DNA from: Lama glama
Taxonomy: Eukaryota
Length of the DNA: 64,000 nucleotides
Assembly (NCBI GenBank): GCA_028534125.1
Contig: CM052831.1
Coordinates: 22,382,001 to 22,446,000 of the forward strand
Direction of reading: 5' to 3'
Shown: one piece after another, positions 40,070 to 51,738 of the stretch
Numbering within the stretch: position 1 is the first letter of the stretch
How the letters are laid out: the number at the start of each line of letters is the position of its first letter
The notes under the pieces: model-generated
Database searches by the model: none
The model's input: the letters and a program-made list of their open reading frames with translations, nothing else
What the model was told of the DNA's origin: nothing
Program-made: the position numbers and the translations under genes

Positions 40070-40230
40070 AGCAAAGTTATTTTTGACTCTGGTTTCACGT
40101 CTTGCTGCTTTTTAAAAATACCGAGCCCTGAAATTCCTGCGCCAACTGTGTTTTTCATGGAATCCGCGTTTCAGGCTGGCCACAGCAAGGCTGTGACGTC
40201 ACACATTCAGGTTCCTGTGACTCACCGGGG
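40070..40230. promoter_or_regulatory. Candidate intronic enhancer with palindromic CRE and abutting ETS/AP-1 sites
   Basis: TGTGACGTCACA 40192-40203, TTCCTG 40212-40217, TGACTCA 40218-40224. Confidence 0.4.
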
Positions 40231-43200
40231 GCTGCTGGGCTCTGAGACTGGAACGTGTGCACAGTGGGAAGTGGGGGGAGGCAGGCCCACCCAGCCCCAC
40301 TGGTTTAAAGGTCCAGATCGTTGAAACTCTGCTGACCTAACTCAACAAGGCTAAGGATTTGGGCTTCTTTGCTTTGAGGACTTGGATAGAGTGACCCGTT
40401 ACTTTGAGGCATCCTGCCCCTCCCCTCCAAGGAGGGGTCCTGGCAGTTTGCTAGTTTCACACTGGTGGGAAGGTGGGAACACTGGGCCCACCCTGATGTG
40501 GGCTGAGCTGCCTGACCACTCTCAGGGGCTCTCGATGTCCCTCTTTCCTGGACAGACCAGCTGTTGTTTGTGGAAACAGACTCCAGATTTTATAGCAGTT
40601 ACGCCATTTTCTGTGGGGGCTGGTCCTCCCAGGTGTGCCCAGATGGATCTTGCTGGGAAGGTACAGAGTGGAAGTCACCCTGTGCCCCGCCCCTCCCAGT
40701 GATCCCTGCTTGTCGGGTGTGTGCAGCCCTCCTGATGTCAGTCGCACACGCAGGCAGTACCTAGGGGTGACTGTTGCTTGTTCCCATGAGAGAGGGCCCT
40801 CCCTCCACTGCAGCACATCTAGCCACCTGGCCTAGACCTTGTTTAGCCATCCTCTTCATGGATATTTAAAGGCTGCTCTTGGGCCAAAGTTGAGTTCTGG
40901 ACAGCCTAAGCTCCTGCCACTTGGGGTTTGGAGACAAGAGACTGGTCTTCCTCTGTTAAGAGGCTACTTCCTGGGAACAAGGGACTGAAGACACTCTGGT
41001 CTCTTAGACACTTTGGGTCTCTCTCCAGCCTGTTGCAGAGAGGCTGGGCCCTGGCTCTTCCCAAGCCCTGTTGCTCATTTTGACAGTTTATCTGCAGCCT
41101 TCTCTGGCTTTGCAAATGCAGAGGCACAGGGGAGTACCAAACCAGGGGTGGGGCTGCTGGCAGCACTCAAAGATGGCCCGAGCTTGTGTTTGTTATTGCA
41201 TGAGGGGGCTGGATGGCAGCTCCATCTTCTATCCCGTCTGCGGTTGTGACCAAAAGCACCCCCTTTCCAAAGAGGCTGCAGATGGAAGGCCCCCGCCCAC
41301 CAGATGGGTTTGGGATGGCTGCGGTTACCTCTGGGGCCTGGGAATGTTCACGGTCTTATGAGATTTCTCCTGTGAGACCCAGAGCAGGCCTGGAGCTGGG
41401 GGAGGAGGAGCAGGAGCTGCAGCGGGAGAGCAAGGCCTGTACAGGGACATCTCATTCAGACTGACTCTGGGATGATTCTAAGAGCAGGGACAGAGGGGAC
41501 TCCAGGTGATTTGTTCAAGGGCTCTCCAAAGAGGAGTCAAGCACATTTCATGAGAAAGGGCCTAGGAGTCTTTTGGTTGTGACAGGCAGCCCCAAATGGG
41601 CCTGCACGGCTCTGAGATTAAGCAAGCCACAGCTGACCCCGTGGCCACTTGGCGATCTTCTGAACGAAGCACCATGAGAGCTGGGTCAGGAAAGGCTACA
41701 GTTGGACCTGCCATCTCCCTCCGCCCACTCTGTACAGGGCCCTACCTGGGCCTGGTCTGTCGTACAGACTCCCACTGGACCCACAATAGCCACGGCTGGG
41801 TTGAGGAGATAAAGCAGAAAGAAGCTTTGAACTCAGGAGAACATGGTCTTTAGGGGAGTGGTTCTGTGTCCCCCATTCTGATCTGGGTCTAGCCAGTGGC
41901 TCCACAAAACCAGCCAAGATGAGAGGCCAGGTTTCGCACCAGGGCTCAGTAGGCACTGGGCAGGGCAGAGGGGCCTGTGAGCCCTTCATTCCTGAGGTGG
42001 TCCTATTGGACCGGGGCCACGTTCCTGACTTGTCAGGCTATACTGAGCTTTTCCAGACTTCCAACAAGCTACCAAGCAGTCTCTGACTTGTGAAGACTGT
42101 TTTATCAGGTATTGGCAAATTAACGATTTTAAATGGATTGTTGGAAAAATGAGCATCTGAAGAAAAGGGATGCTAAACGGGGCCAAGGCCACAGTACATG
42201 CCCCTTGCTTAGCCCTGTTTGGACTCACCCTGGAACTAGAGTACAGCCTATCGAGCAGTGACTGGCATCCTGCACCTTGAGGCCTGTTCCTGTCAGACAC
42301 TTGGCTTCCCTGGTGGCCTGCTCATGGCTGCTAGAGATGAACTTGAACCCAGTCCAGTATTGGCAGCAGGTATAGCTCGGATCTTCCTCCTGGTGTGGGT
42401 GGTGCCCCGTGGGTCCCAGGAGCATCCGGTTTTATGGATGGTGGTGAGTGGACCCACTTTTTATAGCTTCTCTTTTGCGGGGTAAGCAATAATGTGGAAA
42501 AGCCTGTGTTTATTTAAAAGAAGTTGCTATAAAGCCACAAGGAAGGTAAATTAGCCAAGATTCTTTAATCTGGTGACTAATCTACCAATAGAAAATTGTT
42601 TTTCATGTATTTCCCGAAGAGAGCTAATCCTCATTAGAGGTGGGGGCTGGGGGATGCAGAAACGCCAGAGAAATCCTATATCCCTGAGATAATGTGAAAC
42701 AGAAACATGGACTTCTGGGCCCAAGGGACAACAGCTCATTTCGTGTTGTTAGCAGCAGGCTGTGGGGTGACGAGGAGTAGCTATAAAGACATTTGCTGAG
42801 CCCAGAAAGATTGGGAGGAATTTCTTTAGAAACGTGTATTTTTGTGTGCATCAGCTGTGTTTGTGATCCTGGACAAGTTAACGTGTCACACGTCAGTGTG
42901 AGTGGGAATCTCCATTTCAGGCCTCAAAGCTTTTAGTCCTCATGAAATCAGGCCTGAGGTGGGAGGGGAGGAACTGGGCTGCTTCCTGGACTCCTGCCCC
43001 ACTTTGTGCCCCCACCACGTCCTGCTGAGGCCAGGAGGCTTCCTCCCTCCCAAGGCCAGCTGTTAGTGGCCCCTCCAGGCTCCGGCCTGCCCGCCCTCCT
43101 CTCCCTCCTCTGCCACCCCAAGTCCTCCAGGTCCGAGGCCCAAGCTGGGGGGCATGTTCCCCACCAGCCAGGCGGGCTCATCCCCAGAGTATGGCTCCCC

Positions 43201-43264
43201 AGGCCCAGGGGACCTGGACTGGCTGGTGCAGGACTTGCCTTCTCTGCATCCCCATGGTTCTCAG

Positions 43265-43395
43265 GGTCTGGCATTTGTCCGTCCAGCACTCGTTGTGCAC
43301 CTATTAGGTGCCAAGAGCTGTGCCTGGACCGAGAAGATAGCAGTGAGTGAGAGCAGACAGAACCCCTGTCCTCATGGGGCTGGCACTCAGACTGA
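43265..43395 (-). mobile_element. L2 3' end fragment
   Basis: gcacctattaggtgccaag...ctgtgc...gatagcagtgag...agacag...cctgtcctcatggggct. Confidence 0.55.
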
Positions 43396-46161
43396 TGGCT
43401 CTGCAGGCTGCTCGGGGCGGGTGCATCACACCTCTGACTCGAAGGCCCCTGTGCCACAGACCTTTAGGCACTGGACAGAGGCTGGGGCTAAGAGGCAGAG
43501 CCTTTGTTGGTAGGAGCTAGGCCCAGACCAGCAACCCATGTCCCCAGGGATCCGGGCTGGCCCCTTCATCCCCTATTCATCCCTGACGTGTGGCCAGGGC
43601 ACCATCAGCAAGCCAGGGCCCTGCATGTGTGCACAGGCCCGCGCACATACACCAAGAGACAGAACTGGAGCTGGCAGGAGACAAGGCAGAGCTGGGCAGG
43701 CGCTGGCCCAGCAGCCCCACTTTGTTTTGATAGCTCACAAGACCCCACAGCAAAGAGATTCCCTTTTTATTGCATCTGTTTTAGATCTTTAGAATCTGAG
43801 TAAAGTCAAAACCATGCTAAGGGGAGATTAATTCCACATTTTTCCATCTTTGCAATGAAACCAAAGGAAAGTTAGACATTCTGTGCAGCACAGTCGAGAC
43901 AGGGGTGTTGAGCCAAAGGCCAGCCCCTGGATGTTTCCCATGGCCTGGCACAAGTGCCCCAGTGCCATGGCTGGGTGACTGTGCTCTCTTCTTGAGACCC
44001 AGGGCACCTGGGACCCTCTACCCCCTAGAAATCTGGCTGCTGTGTTGGGAGAAGGGGGCTGGGGTGCCCCACCCACTATGGGGAGACCGCCTGGAGGAGC
44101 CAAATCAGCCACAAGCCTGGTAATGATTAAAAGGAACTTTCCGTCACAGGAGAACTTTAAGAAGCAGCCAGACCACCACGTGCCCTGATGGCTCAGACCC
44201 TACAAGGCTTGACCACAGGCCACCTTCTTCAGGGCCTCATCAAGCCCAGTGAGTGCCTAGGGCCCCCCAACAGCCCAGAGCTATTCATAAAGTATTACAG
44301 TGGCTCTTCAAGAGATGCATTGTACAGAGGAGGAGTCTAAAGCCATGGGTCAGATAACTTGTCCAAGGCCACTCAGCAAGTTAGCTGTCAAGTTCAGATT
44401 TGGACCCACATGGTACAGCTCCAGAGCCTGTGCTCTTACCACCCAGGTCAAAGGTGGGGACTGGGAGTCACTCTGACAGCACTTTCCAAGGGCCCACACC
44501 TTTGCTACATCCAGGACCTGCTGAGAGAGGAGGAGGGCAGGGACCCGGGTGCTGGGGTGGGGATAAGGAGGACTTCTTGGGGGAGGACCTAAGACGGCCG
44601 GAGTGGGGCGTCGGGTACGTGTGGTTTGCGCCAGGAGAGCAGTAGTGACAAGCAACACAGGTCTTGGGTGCCAGGTGAATGCCACGCCGAGGAGTTGGCC
44701 TTTATTCCTGAGCTCTTGAACAGGAAAGAAATACAGCAGAAGCAGGGTGGAGGGCAAAGGGGTGAAGAGGGACCCAGAGTCACCAGGAAGCCAAGACAGA
44801 AGGAACGAGACTGGGAAGCAGTCACTGAGTGGGAAATGCCGGGGGGACTACAGCACTGACAGTCGGGGTCCTGGGGAAGGGAGGGCCTGCCTGAGTCAGG
44901 TGAGGCATCTCCTCGGTAGAGCCTGGCCCCGCACAGCAGCCACAGTGGGCTTGGGCAGCCCAGGTCCAATCATGTTATTTATTTCTGGCACCTCCATCAC
45001 CCCGTCCTGCAGCCCCTTGCCCACCCCAGGGCCCATGTGCTCACCACTCCCACTGCCCAGTGCTGCCTCCACCTGACATGTCCCTTCTCTTGGCTGAGTG
45101 TCTCCCCATGCTGGAGCCCTGGCAGACTTGTGCTCGTGTGGTGCTCTGACCCCCAACCATTTCAGCCCTCTTACCCCACTCCCCATCTTGCCCTGTCAGA
45201 CCCCGAGGCCCAGTCTCCTGGCTTCCTGGGAGAGAAAGAGCAGTTTTTGCTCCCCTCGCCCCCAGGCAGAGGATGTCAGCTCTCTGCCTCTGCCGTCAGT
45301 CTGTCTCTGGCCCAGCCACTGTGTCCACCTCATGCCGCTTGTCTTCCACGTTCAAGGGAGGCCCAGGAGGGATGTGCAGCCACAGAAACCAATACCACTG
45401 ACCTAAGAGGGGCCCCATGCACCATGTGGGGCCCTGCTTAGAGGTGGCTCCGGGGTCTGGGGCACTGGGAAAAAGAGCTGCCCCCAGCTGGACAGACTGG
45501 GGAGTGCAGTGGGGAAGCCTGGAGTGAGGCCTGCACCCGGGGAAGCATTTTGTAAGGAACTAACCAAATAGCTGGGTAATGAAGATAGAACGGCTGGCTG
45601 ATCACCCTCGTTGTTTCCCCTTCCTCCAGAATGTTATTCACTGTCGGTCATGGCTGAGCAGCTTTGCCAAAAGCCCGCCAGGATAGGACTGGTACTGTAA
45701 CCCCATCAGTACCTGGAAGCCCCGAAGAGCCAGAGTGTCTTGGTTGCTGCATGTGGGGGGCACCTGACAAATGTGTGGGAGCAGACAATGGTGTCAGGAG
45801 GGCCCGTGTTGTGGGTGTCCTGTGGCCCCTCAGGGCCTGGTAGAAGTTATGGCTCCAGTCTTCCCGCTACATCTGCACGGGGAGTGCGTGCGAGAGGCCT
45901 TCAGTAAAGGTGACGGCAGCAGTGGCTCTGGGAGGAGGAGCAGCTGCTGGAAGGGGCCTGGCCCTGCAGGCCATGCTTGGCAGCCTCACCTTCAGTCCCA
46001 GAGCAGCAGGAAGGCAGTGGGGCTTCTAGGCCGAGGAGGGGTGAGACCCCGCTGGCTGCTACATGGGGTCTGGTCTGGGAGGGGCTGTGTGGCCGTGGTG
46101 AGGTGTGATGGAGGCAAGAGAGCACGAGAGGGGATGAGTGAGCGAAGAGTCAGTCGAGGGC

Positions 46162-46345
46162 CAGGGGCGGCACACTTTTCCTTAACTGTGAATATTCTGG
46201 GCTTTGTGGGCCGTAGAGTCTGTCACAATTGCCCAACATGCCACTGTAGCCGGAAAGCGCCATAGACAGTATGTAGGCAAACAGGCACGGCAGTAAACCT
46301 GACGGACAAAAACAGGCAGCAGGCTGACTGTGCCAAGCCGTGGTC
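46162..46345. mobile_element. MER58-like hAT-Charlie DNA transposon
   Basis: aatattctgggctttgtgggccgtagagtctgtcaca...gccactgtagc...aaagcgccatagacagtatgta...acaaaaacaggcagcaggc. Confidence 0.75.
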
Positions 46346-47344
46346 TGGAGAGACAACAGAATTCAACAGCAAACAGGAGAGTTTCTGAAGGAACGATTTT
46401 CCATGAGAAGGGCTGTGGCTTCCTAGAAATTGCTGGTAACAGCAGGAGAAGGTGGTTCTGAAAGAAGCCCCCCAGGTGACCCCCTGGCAGGTGCAACTTG
46501 GAAAATGAAATTTCTGGATCTCTTATGACCTCGCCCCACAAGGCTCCCCCATGACTTGCAGGTGGAGGCCATGACCCCTAGAGGCAGATAGTGTTGGCAG
46601 AAGGGTAACAGTGTCCAGGTGTGGGGTCCTGTTGCTCCACTTCAGGGAGGGAGGTGCCTTATTTAAAGTGGAGCCCAATCTTGTGAGGGGCAGGGTGTTA
46701 GCAGTGACCTGGGTGAGTACCACAGTGGTTTGAGACTGATCACTTATGCTGTAGTGACACAAGCGCCCCAGTGAGAGAAGGCATCTAAAATCTAAGATGT
46801 TAAGGTATTTTCTCATTCCCTGTCTATTTAAAGGTTCTTGTTGGTATGTCCCTTTTGTCCCTATAGTTTTGCCTTTTCATAGCATAAAATTGTGACTTTT
46901 GTGATCATTCCAAACCTAAACATTTAGCCAGATAAGAGACTCTGTTTCATGGGCACTGGGGGCATCTGAGGCCTGGGAACTGCCTCTGAGAGTGGCCTGA
47001 TGGTATGAGGGGACTGCTGGGTGACCCTGACGGATGTCCCTTCCAACCACTTCTGCTCATTTAATCCAGAGCCATCAAGCTAAGTGGCCTGACAGGTGGC
47101 TGCCACTGGGTGAGAAGAGAGATCCAGGAGTTTGTCCTTAGGCTGCTCAAACTTGGGCATCGGGCGGGGGACAAGCAGATATCCTGGGGTCATAGGGCCT
47201 GTAGCCCTCGGGCACTGCCAGAGCGAGTGGGGAACAGGAAGTAGACAGCCCTTTCCTTATACGTGCTCGATGCGGACAGAACAAGGTGCACAGTTCCTGG
47301 TACCTCATTCTGCACTCTGAAGCCAGGCCACCACGGTTCATGGT

Positions 47345-47465
47345 CCACGTTAGTCATTTACAAGCTGTGTGACTTTGGGCGAGTTAGTATCACTGTGCCT
47401 TGGTTTCTTCATTAGGAAAAACAGGCTCCTATCCTGAAGGGTCCTTGTAGAGTGCCTGGCACATC
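47345..47465 (+). mobile_element. MIR SINE fragment
   Basis: catttacaagctgtgtgactttgggcgagtta...ctgtgccttggtttcttcat...agtgcctggcaca. Confidence 0.65.
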
Positions 47466-50400
47466 ATGCACGCTGCGGGAACGAACGTCAGCTGCCTAGA
47501 GCAGCCCCCGGAGCAGAGTGTGTCAGGAATTGGGAGGGGCCCCCAGAGTCCAGTCCTGGCTTCTCCTGCTGGTCTTCCCTTGTGCCTGGGCTCTACACCC
47601 AGTTACAGAGGGGACCTTGTGCCTGGATGGCACCAGAGCCAGGGAGAGGGCATGAGCTGCCTGGTTTCTCCAAGGTCAGCAGACAGGAGGGGCATCTCTG
47701 AGGAAGAATTTGGTCCCCAGTGATGGCCATCTTTCCCAGCTACCATGCCCAGACAGGTCCGCCCAACAGCCAGAACCCTGGACTCATCTCTTTCTCTAGT
47801 TGCCCTTTGCTTAAAATAAATCAGAGACCCAAGGACACCCGTGTCAGGCAGGGCCATTTCCCTCTTTGGCATCTGCCACCACACCCAGCGTGCACCTCCT
47901 TGGGGACTTTGTGAGAGGCTGGAACCAGGTCAGATCTCATTCGCCCTTAGGAGAGTAGACTCAGAAGGACTGCGGAGGTGTTTGCCTTTCCAGTGCCTCT
48001 CCTCACCCTCCAAGGCAGGTGGGCCTTGTCTCCGGGCCTGGGGAGCGGGACACAGTGTGGCAGGAAAATTCCCAGGGCTGGACCCGGAGCACGAGGTCGG
48101 GGCAGCTGCGAGCAGCCTGCTTGGTGCGGCCCTGGGCCTGGCAGGGAAGGACTGTGGGCTCTGCTCCACTCTCTGAGCATTGGGGCAGCACATACTCGCG
48201 GAGGCTTGCTGTGCCCCTGACATTTGGTGTGGGGATATTGCTCTGAACCAACAGGGAAAGTTCACATGGCAGAGGTGGCCGGGAACCCATCCTTGCTAGG
48301 GATGCGCTACCCTCTCACTGTCTGCACCGCCAGCCCTGAGTGTACTCAGGCTGACCGCTGCTACTTGGCTGCTCTGATAGGAGCCTTTCCATCACTGGGG
48401 AAGCCCTTTCCTTGGTGGAGGGAAGGCACGTCAGCAAATCAGAGGTCAGGCTTTCCGGGTTTCACTTTCTCAGGAGTGATAACCATTTTCTATGAAAATG
48501 AGGGCCCATGCTTTATTGGAGTAGGATTATTCAGACAAATTTGTGAAACAGAGACTACCAGTCGGTGTTCTAATGTACAGAAATCCAAAGTGCCCTCCTC
48601 TCCCTGGCCCATCCTTCCAGCTCAGAGGGGATTTTGGTGGGATCAGATGTCACTGGGAAGAGCCGGGTAGACTTAATCCTTGGATGATGGCTGCCACCCA
48701 GCATCTTCTCAGAGTAGCTGGAGGCAGAGGGAATAGGGGGAGTGGAGATCAAACACGGAGATGATGTGACTCTTCCAGAAGCTTGCCTGGGAAGGGGAGA
48801 AGCCAGAGAGCGGCAGGGGAGGGAGGAGCTGCAGGTTTAAGAGGGGGTGGACATTTTTTCAGCCTGTTTGTCTGTAACATGCTATGAAGCATCCCTTCAA
48901 AGCTCCCAAAGGAAGGACCCATAACTGGCCCAGCACCCTCCATTCAGCGGGCAGGAGGGGAAGTAGATGATACTTTTCTGTTCAAAGAAATTTAACATCA
49001 GACTTAATAACTGTATTTCTACCAAGCTGAAATCTGGGTCCCCTGTGGAACTAAGCGGAGGCCTCATGAAATGTGTGGCACCCCTGGTATTGACGTTGGC
49101 CCAGCACCCACTGCCTCGACATTTGGAAATTTCGTCCCTGTGAAGTGTGTGTGTGTGTTGGGGGGGTGCTGGGGGTTGGGCAGAAGAGGAGAAGCTGGCT
49201 GGCTCCCCTACTGGGGCCTGGAGTCCAGAGCCATCGGAAAAAGTCTGGATGAAGAATGATTTTGGAGCTTGGCTCAGTGTGAGTTTCACAGCAGCCAGTG
49301 GAAACTTCCAGGAATGCTGCTCTGGGCCAGCCGGGGGCTGTTTCCGCCACCACTTTTACGAGACGCAGACCCCCTCCACGGCTGGCCAGCCAGCACAGGG
49401 GAAGCGTGACGGTCTCTTCCAGCTCAGCTCTGCCTCTCAGAGTTCAGTTCATGCTCCACAGGCAGCAACTTTTCAGGCTCTGTCCCATACCCCAGGGCGT
49501 GGAGCCCTTGCTGCTCGGCCAGCTCTTTAGAAGGGGCCTGCCCCCAGGAGGAGCAGCCTCTGTGAACGGTGGCCTCCGTGAACAGTGACATCCATGCGGG
49601 ATGCTGAGAGAATTTATAGCGGCCTCAGAGGGGAAACTCCCTCCCAAAATGTTTCAATGTTTTATTAAATGTATGACAGGAAACTTTCCTTTCCATTGGA
49701 CCAAGGCCCAGAGCCTCCATGGAGCCTCAGGGAAGGTGGCAGAACCTCCTGGGGAAGCCCACAGGCAAATGGGTGAAATTAATAGAAAATTTTGTTTCTG
49801 AACCTGACCTGTTTCTGATGCCTGCAGGCTCCACGGCACAGGAACCGAGCCTGCCCCGTTCATAGTGGACTTGCCCAGGGCCTGACATGCACAGGCACCC
49901 AACCAACCCTGGACGAGGGGAGTGACAAGCAGGGACTTGATGCCCAGCGTGCATCAGGCTGAGCGAGTGCTGGAGTGGGCATTGACTAATGAGGTGGGCT
50001 TTTAGGGGGAGTACTTGAGGGCAGTCAGCTAGCCCCTCTCTGGGGAGCACATGGGCTCCCAGACACCACTGCCCCTCTGCCAACACTCTGTCCAAAGCCA
50101 GAGGAGGGGCGCAGGTTTTTGCAGCCTTGTCTGGGAGCCATGTCTGTGAGACTGGTCCTGGCCCACGAATCACACGCAGCACCAGGGGTGAGAGCATTGG
50201 ATGGGCCAGACGGCCAGGTCTGCAGGCCAGCCTTCAGACTGGGTATACGAGAGAGGCCAGGGAGCAAAGACTCGGCCTCTGGAAGCCGACATGATGACAA
50301 GCATTGTCACAGTGGCCAGCGTGGGTCAGGCCAACACATGCTGGGCACCATGCTTGCAGTCTCCAGGACCACTGTGAGCTTGACATTATCATTCCCATTA

Positions 50401-50997
50401 GAGAGGAAAAACAGCTCAGAAACAGGGAGTTCGGGCCTAACCCCCAGACAGCACATCATCCCTGCAATGGTCCTCAGTGGACTCAGACAGGAAGAGGCCC
50501 CCCCTGGGCTCGGGGGAATCACCTCCCAGCTTGGGAATCCCCTCCAGGTGTAGAGAGCAAGGGCCTGAGGCATGGGCAGGACCAAGGTGGGGGCGTCTTT
50601 ATTTGTTGGTAATTTTCTCACCTTTGGAACAGAGATGGTAGATGGTCTCTGATTGGTTATGGACAGAGTGTGGCCCAAATGAGAAAGTGGTTCTGCTCTG
50701 GAAGCCCAGTCTAAACGCCAGACCACCAGGGTTGGGGGTACCTGGCCTTTGGGAATGACCAAGGGCCGTGGGGCCTGCTGCCTACTCTTCCTCCCTGTGT
50801 CCTTCCCCTGCTCACTAACATCAGAGAACAACCGTCCGGAACCAGCAGGGGTGGACAGGAAGCCCAGAGACAAGGCGCCAGGCAGGATCCCTGGGTAGGA
50901 AGAGCTTGTCTTTGTTTGGCAGACCGAGGCAGCTGAGCAGGACTGGCTGAGGGGATCCCCAAGGCAGCCTAGTGGCCCCTCCATCCTCTGGGGCTGA

Positions 50998-51111
<114 letters not shown>

Positions 51112-51187
51112 TCAGGGGAGCAAGAATCAAGAGCTCGGTCGATTTGTGGGGTGGCAGGCCGGGGATTTGTACTGTGGGATGTGGGTA

Positions 51188-51197
51188 AATAAATAAA
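51188..51197 (+). terminator. Proximal polyadenylation signal (overlapping AATAAATAAA)
   Basis: Two overlapping AATAAA hexamers (51188-51193 and 51192-51197) about 77 nt after the stop, with upstream TGTA at 51168 and a GT/T-rich stretch near 51240-51260. Confidence 0.65.
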
Positions 51198-51732
51198 GGG
51201 GCTTCGGCTCTGGGAATCACATCCATCCGGAGCCCCAGGGGTTGTGCTCTTTTGCTCTTCACCTGCTGTCCACACCTGGATATTCTCCACCTGGCAGTGG
51301 GGGGCTCCCATAGGCGGGGCCCACATCTGCACCATGGACCACGTTTAGTTTAATATGAAGGAACCACTTGAAAATGTCTGTGGCCTTGGAGTCCTAAGGA
51401 GCCCTCAGATGGCAGCTCCCCACCAGAGGAGGTAGCTTCAAGCCACCTTGCTTTTCATTTATCTTACTGGGGTTTGTCAACCTTTCTGCCACGTGACAGG
51501 CTTTTCCCATCTCAGCGTAGAAATGGACTACTCATTGGTTGGATAAGCCTGCAGTTTCCTCTAAATATGACAAAAGGCCCAGCATAGGCCCACCTGAGTC
51601 TGTTTTATCCAGGAACAAGCACTCTGGTGGGGAGGGGGTGGCTTTGTAGTGGCCTTGATTTCTGCCCCACACATGTCCACTGGGTCCTGGTGGCTTCCCC
51701 CTCTGCATGTGTGAGGGCAAAGGAATCTGAAC

Positions 51733-51738
51733 ATTAAA
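51733..51738 (+). terminator. Distal polyadenylation signal ATTAAA (a further AATAAA at 51828-51833)
   Basis: ATTAAA followed by T/GT-rich sequence. The position fits a 3' UTR of roughly 0.65 kb, similar to the recalled human transcript. Confidence 0.55.

Noticed and set aside
51419-51436. CTCF-like motif CCACCAGAGGAGG in the 3' UTR
   Set aside because: Mismatches in the GGC core make it no better than chance in GC-rich DNA.
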